DNA of 64,000 nt from assembly GCA_005881885.1 (NCBI GenBank), contig VBDX01000134.1:4534-68533 (forward strand). The letters run 5' to 3'. The notes beneath the pieces are model-generated. The model was not told the origin of the DNA and searched no databases. It saw only the letters and a program-made list of their open reading frames with translations. How positions within the stretch are numbered: the stretch's first letter is position 1; each line of letters starts with the position of its first letter. Below, piece by piece: positions 57,014-64,000 of this stretch. Position numbers and translations under genes: made by a program. This DNA comes from Chloroflexota bacterium. GTDB lineage: Bacteria; Chloroflexota; Limnocylindria; P2-11E.

Positions 57014-58299
57014 GCAGGGCGGAGGAGCTCGCCAAGGAGAAGCAGCCGATCAAGAAGGCGGCTTTCCTCCTCGGCCCGGGTTTCATCACGGGAGCCGCGG
57101 ACGATGACCCAAGCGGCATCGGGACGTACGCCGTGGCTGGTGCGTCTCTCGGCCTCGCGACGCTCTGGACCGCCCTCCTGACATTCCCGTTCATGGCGGC
57201 GGTCCAGAACATCTGCGCGCAGCTCGGCCAGGTCTCCGGAACGGGCCTCGCCGGCATCCTCAAGGAGCACTACCCGCGCTGGGTGCTTTACCCGGCGGTC
57301 GCGCTCGTGGTGATCGCGAACGTCGTGAACGTCGGGGCTGACCTCGGTGCGATCGCAGATGCAGCGGGCATCGTCGTCGGGATGCCGGTCCCATGGCTCG
57401 TGGTACCGATCGCGCTCGGCCTCGTTGCGCTGCAGATCTTCGCGCGCTTTCGAGCGATCGAGCGCACCTTCAAGTTCCTGACCCTGGCGCTGCTCGCGTA
57501 TGTGGTCGACGCGTTCCTCGTGCATCCGTCGCTGGGCGAGACGCTTCGCGCCACGATCGTGCCGACCATCGCGTTCGACCATGACTACATCGCGGTGCTC
57601 GTGGCGATCTTGGGCACGACGATCTCGCCGTACTTGTTCTTCTGGCAAACGAGCCTCGAGGTCGAGGAGGAAAAGTCCGCCGGCAGGCGCACGCGAGGGG
57701 AGCGGCGTGGCGCGTCACCATTCGAGTTGCGCGTCGCCACGATCGACGTGACCGTCGGGATGTTCGTCTCGAACCTCGTGATGTATTTCATCATCCTCGC
57801 GACTGCCCTGACGCTGAACGCCGGCGGAATCTGGAACATCGACACGGGCGCAGACGCCGCGCAAGCGCTCCGTCCGCTCGCGGGGGACCTCGCGGGCCTG
57901 ATCTTCGCGATCGGCATGATCGGCACCGGTCTTCTCGCGGTACCGGTGCTCGCGGGCGCATCCGCCTATGCCGTTTCAGAGACGTTCGGTTGGCGCGAAG
58001 GGCTCGACGAGAACTGGCATCGGGCGAGGCCGTTCTACGGCGTCGTCGCGATCGCGACGATCGTCGGACTCGCGATTCCATTCTCTGGGGTCAAGCCGAT
58101 CGACGCGCTCTTCGTCACCTCCATCCTGAACGGGATTGCGGCGCCACCACTCCTCGTCGTGATCATGCTCGCCGCGAGGAACACAAAGGTCATGGGCGAT
58201 CAGACCATCGGCACGGTCCTCACTACGCTCGGCTGGATCGTCACCGTCGCGATGTTCGCCGCCCTCGCCGGCCTCGTTCTCACCTCATTCGCAGGGTGA
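57009..58299 (+). CDS. mntH: NRAMP-family divalent metal (Mn2+) transporter
   Basis: LGPGFITGAADDDPSGIGTYAVAGA NRAMP signature and 11 predicted TM helices. GTG start overlaps the LigD-Pol stop (GTGA). Confidence 0.85.
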
Positions 58300-58372
58300 A
58301 CGTGCCTGACGACACATTCGCGGTGTGCGCCGACGCACCCGCGCGGCGATCCGGGTGCCCGACGCTTTCGGT

Positions 58373-59020
58373 ATGTCGTCCCGGATCGCTCGGCTCATCG
58401 TGCGCGGCCTCTTCGCGGCGCTCTTCCGGATCCGCCGAAGCGGCGATCTCCCCGCGCACGGCCCGCTCATCGTCGTCGCGAACCATCAGGGCTGGGCGGA
58501 CGGCTTCCTTCTGGCTGCCGCGTTCCCGCTCGCGGCCCCCATCCGCCTTCTCGGAGATCGCGACGGCACGATGGGCGTCTGGTGGCATCGCGCGATCCTG
58601 CGTCTGGTTGGGCTCATCATTCCCATCGATCGCGGGGCGGCGGGCGCGGATCGCGGCGCGATCAAGGCGACGTTTGCCGCTCTTGCGCGCGGAGAGATCG
58701 TCGTCGTCTTCGCCGAAGGCCGCGTGTCTCGCGCGGAGTCGGCGCTCGGGCCGTTCGCTCGCGGGGTGGGCTACCTCGCGCTGCGATCGGGAGCCCCGGT
58801 CCTTCCGGTCTGGCTCAGTGGGACGGCAGAGCTCTATCTGGGCCGGGATCTCGCGCTCATCGCGGGCCGGCCGCGGTCCGTCGCGGCGGCGACGCCGACG
58901 AAGGAGCGGACGTCCAAGCTCGCGCGCGTGCTTCATGACGATCTGGCTTCGCTCACACCCTTGTGGCGGGATCCCGAGCCGGCCGAAAAGCGCTGGCGCT
59001 GGCTGACGGAGCTTTTCTAG
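58373..59020 (+). CDS. plsC: 1-acyl-sn-glycerol-3-phosphate acyltransferase
   Basis: VANHQGWADG (HX4D), FAEGRVSR and GAPVLPV motifs. Confidence 0.75.
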   Translation: MSSRIARLIVRGLFAALFRIRRSGDLPAHGPLIVVANHQGWADGFLLAAAFPLAAPIRLLGDRDGTMGVWWHRAILRLVGLIIPIDRGAAGADRGAIKATFAALARGEIVVVFAEGRVSRAESALGPFARGVGYLALRSGAPVLPVWLSGTAELYLGRDLALIAGRPRSVAAATPTKERTSKLARVLHDDLASLTPLWRDPEPAEKRWRWLTELF

Positions 59021-59688
59021 GCGCGGATCTCCCGCAGAAGCGAGCTCTCGTCGAGCACGCGGATGTTCCGGCGACCCACCTCGATCAAACCGCGCCGCTC
59101 GAAGTCGGCGAGTAGCTTGTTCACCGTCATGCGCGTAGAGCCGATCGCGGCCGCGAGATCGTCCTGGGTCAGGGGCATCTTCCCGGCTCGCCCGACCTCC
59201 ACGAGGTACTTGGCGAGTCGGCTCGCGACGTCGAGGAAGGCGAGGTCGCCGACCTGGGACTCGAGCTTCCGGATCGTCCGCGTAAGGCGCTCGAACATGT
59301 AGCGGCGCGCGCCCTCGTTGCGACCGAGCACGCGGAGCGCGCCATCGCGCGCGATCTGGAGTGCGGTCGTCGCCACGACGCACACCGCGGTCCCGTCGCG
59401 CGGCCCCTGTTCGAATAGAGCGAGCTCGCCGAAGAACTCGCCCCGCCGATGCAGTGACACCAGAAGCTCCCGCCCGTTCTCGTCAAGAAGGAGCACCTTC
59501 ACCAGACCATCGACGACCACGTAGGCGTGCGCGGCCGGATCGCCCTGGTGGTACACAACTTCGTCGGCCTTGAACTTGCGCAAGGCCATCGAGTTGCCGA
59601 GGTCAAGGCGATCGGCGTCCGGAAGGACCTCGAGTGGGAGCACGTCACCGAGCGTGCCGGCGATCGCGAGTATCTCCTCCGGCCGCAT
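59017..59688 (-). CDS. Crp/Fnr-family transcriptional regulator
   Basis: cNMP-binding domain (FGELALF) and C-terminal HTH (TQDDLAAAIGSTRMTVNKLL). Confidence 0.8.
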   Translation of the reverse strand: MRPEEILAIAGTLGDVLPLEVLPDADRLDLGNSMALRKFKADEVVYHQGDPAAHAYVVVDGLVKVLLLDENGRELLVSLHRRGEFFGELALFEQGPRDGTAVCVVATTALQIARDGALRVLGRNEGARRYMFERLTRTIRKLESQVGDLAFLDVASRLAKYLVEVGRAGKMPLTQDDLAAAIGSTRMTVNKLLADFERRGLIEVGRRNIRVLDESSLLREIRA

Positions 59689-60431
59689 CAGTACCGGACC
59701 TGACGGCGGAGGGTTTCTTGGTCTCTTATTTCGATACGGCGGCGGCCGACCGCGACGGCCCCGAGGCCCTCGAGGTCCGCGAGCGCACGGTTTACGGAAA
59801 CGCGCGTGGCGCCGACGAACGCCGCGAGATCGTCCTGCGTCAGCTCGACCTCGTTACGCTCGTTCGCCGCCGCGAGATCGAGAAGGCACTTCGCGACGCG
59901 GCCCGGTACGTCGAGGAACACGAGGTCTTCGATCCGGCCGGAGGCGCGGCGGACCGTGCGAGCGAGCAGTCGGAGGATCTCCCTGATCGCGCGCGGGCTT
60001 CGCTCGATGACCCGGAGAAAGTCGTCGCGCGCGATCGTCACAACCTGCGTCTCGCTAAGTGCGGTGACCGTGGCGGATCGCGGGGCGTCATCGAAGAGCG
60101 CGAGCTCGCCGAACACCGCGCCGTCGCGCTCGATCGCCACGACGATCTCATGTCCTTGCTCGTCAGGGATCGCAACCTTCACCGAGCCCGACGCGATCAC
60201 GTAGAGGTGCCCAGCCGGATCATCGCGATGGAAGACGACCTCGTCGCGGGCAAAGCGACGGGACCGGATGTGCGCCGCGACCTCTTTGCGTTCCGCCTCC
60301 GTCAGCGCCCCGAATATCGGCACGCCAAGGAGAACGCGCGCGACCGCGTCGGCGTCCACGGCCTCGGAACGATACGCTCCGAATGGTGGGCGCACGCATT
60401 CGCGTGGTGGGTCACCGCGGCGCCGCGGCAC
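59688..60431 (-). CDS. Crp/Fnr-family transcriptional regulator, tandem paralogue. Probable GTG start near 60359
   Basis: cNMP-binding (FGELALF) and HTH (TQDDLAAFVGATRVSVNRAL). The upstream-most ATG would overlap the divergent GDPD gene, so the GTG at VDADAVARV is more likely. Confidence 0.75.
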   Translation of the reverse strand: MPRRRGDPPRECVRPPFGAYRSEAVDADAVARVLLGVPIFGALTEAERKEVAAHIRSRRFARDEVVFHRDDPAGHLYVIASGSVKVAIPDEQGHEIVVAIERDGAVFGELALFDDAPRSATVTALSETQVVTIARDDFLRVIERSPRAIREILRLLARTVRRASGRIEDLVFLDVPGRVAKCLLDLAAANERNEVELTQDDLAAFVGATRVSVNRALADLEGLGAVAVGRRRIEIRDQETLRRQVRY

Positions 60432-61159
60432 GCGCTCCTGAAAACACCATCGCCTCGCTCGCGCGGGGCATGCGCGATGGGGCCGACGAGGTGGAGTTCG
60501 ACGTTCAGCGCACCAAAGACGGCGTCGCGGTCCTCCTGCACGACGACACGCTGGACCGAACGACGAGTGGCCGCGGTCCTCTTCGCGACCGCACGCTGTC
60601 GGAGATCAGGGTCCTCGATGCGGGCAGCTGGTTCGCGCCGGAGTTCTCGGGCGAGCGCCTCCCGTCGCTCGCCGACGTCTGCGCCTGGGCGACTGCGGCG
60701 GGCGCGGATCTCTCGGTCGAGCTGAAGCAGCCCGCTCCGGGCGAGGGTCGTGCGATGGATGACGGCCTCGCCGAGAGCGCTGTCGCCGAGCTTCGCGCTA
60801 GCGGCCTCCTCGAGCGCGCGGTCGTCCACTCGTTCGACCATCCGACGATCGCGCAGGTGCGCCACGTCGCGCCAGACGCGCGCGCCGCATTGCTGTACAC
60901 CGGGCCGAACCTCGTCGATCCCTTGGCGATCGCGCGGACGGTGCCCGGGATCGTTGCCGTTCACCTTCGGTGGTACTGGGTCTCGCGCGAGCTCTGCGCG
61001 GCGGCGCACGCGGAAGGGCTGCGCGTCCACGCGTACGGCATCCCGGAGCCGCTCGAGCGTGAGGTGATCCTCCGCCTGGCACACTTCGGCGTCGATTCGC
61101 TTTCGGCCGACGATCCGGGTGAGCTCGTGAAGCTTCTCGCGGCGGAGGGGCTGCGTTGA
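60383..61159 (+). CDS. Glycerophosphodiester phosphodiesterase
   Basis: VVGHRGAAARAPENT and EFDVQRTKDGVAVLLHDDTLDRTT GDPD motifs. Confidence 0.85.
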   Translation: MVGARIRVVGHRGAAARAPENTIASLARGMRDGADEVEFDVQRTKDGVAVLLHDDTLDRTTSGRGPLRDRTLSEIRVLDAGSWFAPEFSGERLPSLADVCAWATAAGADLSVELKQPAPGEGRAMDDGLAESAVAELRASGLLERAVVHSFDHPTIAQVRHVAPDARAALLYTGPNLVDPLAIARTVPGIVAVHLRWYWVSRELCAAAHAEGLRVHAYGIPEPLEREVILRLAHFGVDSLSADDPGELVKLLAAEGLR

Positions 61160-61974
61160 CGCCGCGCGAGGGCTGGCTCGAGCGTGATGGCGCGCGCCTG
61201 CATTACGTGGAATGGCCCGGCGACACCGGCCGCGCGTTCGCTCTTCACGGCCTCTCGTCGAATGCCCGCTTCTGGACGCGCGTCGCCTCGCAGCTCAAGG
61301 GGTGGCGCCTCGTCGCGCTCGACCAGCGCAGTCATGGCCCTTCGGACCGCATCCGGACCGGCGATTCGCTCGCGACGTTCGTCGATGACGCGCGCCACGC
61401 GATCGACACGCTGGGTCTCGAGCGGCCGGTGCTCGTGGGACATTCCTGGGGCGCGAGCATCGCGCTCGAGCTCGCGGCTCGCCACCCGGAAACGGTCTCG
61501 GCGCTCGGCTTCATCGATGGGCCGGCGTGGCCCTTGTCGGACTCGATGACCTGGGCGGAGTTCGCGGCTCGCTCGCAAACGACGCTGCCACGACATTTCG
61601 ATCTCGCTGCCGCGACCGCTGCCGCGCGGGCCTGGCATGGACCCCTGTGGGGCGAAGATCTCATCGAGTTCGTCCACGCGGGTCATCGCACCGAGGGCGA
61701 TGCCGTCGTGCTGACGCTGACGTACGAGGCGAGAGCCCGCATCCTTCGCGATCTCTTCGATCTGCGTCAGGACCGCGCGTGGCGGGCCCTTGCGATCCCA
61801 GCCTTCGCGGCGTTCGCGCTTCGAAAGAGCGACGTGGTCCTCGCCGCGACAAAGCGAGCCGCGGAGCACATCGCGGCGGTCGCCCCAAAAGTACTGATCA
61901 AGTGGTACGACTCGCCGCATGACATCCCGCTCTCGTTGCCGGGAGATATCGCGAACGACATCGCAGCGCTCTGA
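61156..61974 (+). CDS. Alpha/beta-hydrolase fold protein
   Basis: FALHGLSSNARFW and VLVGHSWGASIALE (GxSxG nucleophile elbow). Confidence 0.8.
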   Translation: MTPREGWLERDGARLHYVEWPGDTGRAFALHGLSSNARFWTRVASQLKGWRLVALDQRSHGPSDRIRTGDSLATFVDDARHAIDTLGLERPVLVGHSWGASIALELAARHPETVSALGFIDGPAWPLSDSMTWAEFAARSQTTLPRHFDLAAATAAARAWHGPLWGEDLIEFVHAGHRTEGDAVVLTLTYEARARILRDLFDLRQDRAWRALAIPAFAAFALRKSDVVLAATKRAAEHIAAVAPKVLIKWYDSPHDIPLSLPGDIANDIAAL

Positions 61975-62074
61975 CCGACCTCGCGCTCGCTAGCTCTGCT
62001 GCTTGACGTGACCCGGAACCGGCCTGAACACTTGCCGTGAGCCAGACGAGTTCGCGGTTCGGGGAAGGGAAAAG

Positions 62075-64000
62075 CTGAAGCTCGTAACTCTCGCTGCCAT
62101 CTTCTGGTACGTCGCCAGCTTGTTCGCTTCGGTCCCGCAGGAAGACAGCCCGGCTGTGGCTGCCGCGCCCGCGGGCCAATTTCGCGCGTTCTGGGCCGAT
62201 GCGTTCGGCGATGGGCTCTTCGACCAGGCTCAGATCGATTCGCTCCTTGCGGCGACGAAGGCGGTCCACGCGAACGCCATCGTCGCGCAGGTCGTGCGTC
62301 GCGGTGATTGCCTGTGCCTGCGCGCGGGGCTGCCGCTTGCCGAGGGGGTCGCGCCGGGGTTCGACCCGTTGCAATCCTTGATCAATACGGCGCACGCACA
62401 GGGCATCGAGGTGCACGCGTGGGTGATCGCCACGGCGATGTGGAACAGCACAACGCTTCCACGCGACCCGAACCACATCTTCAACCTCCACGGCCCATCC
62501 GCTGTCGGCCGAGAGAACTGGCTCATGACGCGCTCCGACGGGCAGTCGAAGCTCAACGACGACTGGATGCTCGATCCTGGCCATCCGGACGCGGCCGCGT
62601 GGGTCGTGACCATGTCGACGAACGTCGTCCGCAACTACGACGTCGACGGGATCAACCTCGACCGGATCCGCTATCCCGACGGGAACCTCGGCACCAACGT
62701 CCCGTCGTGGGGCTACAACCCCACATCGCTCGCACGCTTCCGCGCGGAGACCGCACGGACGGACACGCCCGCCAACAGCGATCCCCAGTGGACCCAGTGG
62801 AGGCGCGATCAGGTCACGGGGATCGTGCGACGGATCTACCTCGAGTCGACGGCGTTGCGGCCGCGGATCCGCGTCAGTGCGGACACCATCACGTATGGCA
62901 ACGGACCGCAGACGCTCGGTTCATTCGAGTCGACGCGCGCGTACGCTGAACAGCTTCAGGACTGGCGCGGCTGGCTGCGTGAAGGGATCGTCGACACCGC
63001 GCTGCTCATGAACTACAAGCGCGACAGTCTGGCGACGGAGCCAGGGAACCAGCGGCGGATGTACGACGAGTGGAGCGAGTTCGCCAAAGACAACCAGTAC
63101 CGCCGCTCCAGCGCTGTCGGGACTGCCCTTTACCTGAACGACATCGCATCGAGCGTGAGCCAGGCAAGGCGTGCGGTCACGCCGAGCGGATCTGGCAACC
63201 TCGCCTCGGGCTGGGTCGGCTACTCCTACCGCACGCCTGACACGTTGACCAACGCCGGAACGCGCACCGGCGCGGCAAGTCGAACCGAGCTTATCCGCGG
63301 GCTGACGCAGCCTTCGCAGTACGACACGATCACACCACCCGTGTTCGCCGATGCGCCGCCGGTACCACCGATGACGTGGAAGACGCAGCCGATTTTCGGT
63401 CACCTTCGCGGCGTGGCGATCGCGACTGATGGAGAGCCGCTCAGCGGAACGGTCGTGCATCTCGTCGACCCTGCGTCGGGCATCGTCGCGCGAATCGCGA
63501 CGACCGACGGCACGGGGTGGTTCGGCTTCGTCGACCTTCCGATCGGCGCCTACCGCGTCACCACGGACTCGCCGCGTGTCACCGGCGGCGAGCTCGGTGA
63601 GTCAACGGTCGCCGCGGGACAGGTCAGCATGCTCGGCGCTCCCGCGCCGGTGCCGTCGCCAGCCCCGAGTCCGTCGCCGGCGCCCTCGGCGCCACCTTCA
63701 CCTTTGCCCTCGGCACCGCCCACGCCGGCCACTTGCCAGAGCAGTGACGGGCCTGGGATCGCGCCGCCCGCCAAGGTTGCGTCCGGGATGGGCGGCTTCC
63801 ACGCATCCTGGTTCGGACAGAGCGGTTATCCGACGCTCTGCCCGGGTCAGACCTCGACGGCGGTGGTCGCTTTCTACAACAGCGGCACGCGAGGCTGGGT
63901 GGCGAACAAGATGGGCGACGTCGCGTACCTCGGCACCTGGGAGCCCGAACCCGGGCAGGACAAGGCCAGCACGCTCGGGGGCGACGGCGCCGCGGGCTCT
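62075..64000 (+). CDS. Secreted glycoside-hydrolase-like family 10 (DUF187/YddW-like) protein, with a CarboxypepD_reg-like domain, a Pro-rich linker and a C-terminal domain shared with the 40572 metalloprotease. 3'-partial. No canonical start (CTG after a GGGGAAGGG RBS)
   Basis: Frame open from 62012 to the window end. Signal-like KLKLVTLAAIFWYVASLFASV, GHL10-like FRAFWADAFGDGL...AHAQGIEVHAWV, then GTVVHLVDPASGIVARIATTDGTGWFGFVDLPIGAYRV, then FHASWFGQSGYPTLCPGQTSTAVVAFYNSGTRGWV. The listed ORF 62308-62949 is in the wrong frame. Confidence 0.65.
   Translation, partial: MKLVTLAAIFWYVASLFASVPQEDSPAVAAAPAGQFRAFWADAFGDGLFDQAQIDSLLAATKAVHANAIVAQVVRRGDCLCLRAGLPLAEGVAPGFDPLQSLINTAHAQGIEVHAWVIATAMWNSTTLPRDPNHIFNLHGPSAVGRENWLMTRSDGQSKLNDDWMLDPGHPDAAAWVVTMSTNVVRNYDVDGINLDRIRYPDGNLGTNVPSWGYNPTSLARFRAETARTDTPANSDPQWTQWRRDQVTGIVRRIYLESTALRPRIRVSADTITYGNGPQTLGSFESTRAYAEQLQDWRGWLREGIVDTALLMNYKRDSLATEPGNQRRMYDEWSEFAKDNQYRRSSAVGTALYLNDIASSVSQARRAVTPSGSGNLASGWVGYSYRTPDTLTNAGTRTGAASRTELIRGLTQPSQYDTITPPVFADAPPVPPMTWKTQPIFGHLRGVAIATDGEPLSGTVVHLVDPASGIVARIATTDGTGWFGFVDLPIGAYRVTTDSPRVTGGELGESTVAAGQVSMLGAPAPVPSPAPSPSPAPSAPPSPLPSAPPTPATCQSSDGPGIAPPAKVASGMGGFHASWFGQSGYPTLCPGQTSTAVVAFYNSGTRGWVANKMGDVAYLGTWEPEPGQDKASTLGGDGAAGS

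Noticed and set aside
62308-62949. Listed ORF 62308-62949 (+)
   Set aside because: It is a wrong-frame shadow of the GH-like-10 gene, whose own frame (open 62012 to the window end) carries all the recognisable motifs.
1-64000. CRISPR arrays, rRNA, IS elements or integrases
   Set aside because: No regularly spaced direct repeats, transposase-like or integrase-like ORFs, or rRNA-like conserved stretches were seen. The only recurring non-coding motif is the 20-nt SOS box (two copies).

Overview
High-GC (~70%) bacterial chromosomal segment, probably actinobacterial or a related Terrabacteria lineage. Genes are tightly packed and many adjacent genes overlap by 4 nt (ATGA or GTGA), suggesting translational coupling. 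Gene content by coordinate: (1) 1-4.3 kb, a signalling module made of a multi-GAF sensor histidine kinase, a CheY-like receiver, and a receiver-GAF-class III adenylate cyclase. (2) 4.3-5.0 kb, a vapBC toxin-antitoxin pair of lower GC. (3) 5.0-11.0 kb, a complete urate to ureidoglycolate catabolic cluster: uricase, OHCU decarboxylase, HIU hydrolase, allantoinase, allantoate amidohydrolase and an extra amidohydrolase. (4) 11.0-12.5 kb, two tandem atypical OmpR-family orphan response regulators. (5) 13.5-28.3 kb, a pyrimidine biosynthesis operon (pyrR-pyrB-pyrC-carA-carB ... pyrK-pyrD) on the minus strand. Five unrelated genes are inserted between carB and pyrK: a lipoprotein, a VOC/glyoxalase, a large SAM methyltransferase, a Tat-secreted dirigent-like protein and an orphan Hcp-like (T6SS tube family) protein. 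A phzF-family gene sits between carA and carB. (6) 28.4-34.8 kb, a GT2 glycosyltransferase with an N-terminal deacetylase-like domain, an M23 peptidase, a NUDIX hydrolase, a GalT-like protein and glgA. (7) 34.9-38.4 kb, a secreted internal-repeat protein, a Hanks-type Ser/Thr kinase and a TfoX-N protein. (8) 38.5-41.9 kb, a tandem zinc-ribbon/HNH nuclease of lower GC preceded by an SOS (Cheo-like) box and followed by tRNA-Gly(CCC), then a VOC protein and a secreted HExxH metalloprotease. (9) 42.0-45.6 kb, bcp, a PIG-L deacetylase, galK and a GH27 alpha-galactosidase. (10) 45.7-51.1 kb, a MoxR / DUF58 / VWA operon and an S1C protease. (11) 51.2-52.1 kb, a second, near-identical SOS box upstream of a radical-SAM SPL-like gene. 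(12) 53.2-58.3 kb, a non-homologous end-joining cluster: a polymerase-less PolX-like HhH+PHP protein, LigD split into separate phosphoesterase, ligase and polymerase genes (no Ku in the window), and an NRAMP Mn2+ transporter (mntH) overlapping the ligD-pol stop. (13) 58.3-64.0 kb, plsC, two tandem Crp/Fnr regulators, a glycerophosphodiester phosphodiesterase, an alpha/beta hydrolase and a GH-like-10 secreted protein (partial at the window end). No CRISPR array, rRNA or obvious IS element was seen. Several genes (first OmpR-like regulator, pyrR, PolX-like, GH-like-10) have conserved N-terminal coding sequence upstream of any ATG/GTG/TTG, so they either use non-canonical starts or carry sequence errors. 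Manually counted coordinates may be off by 1-2 nt.
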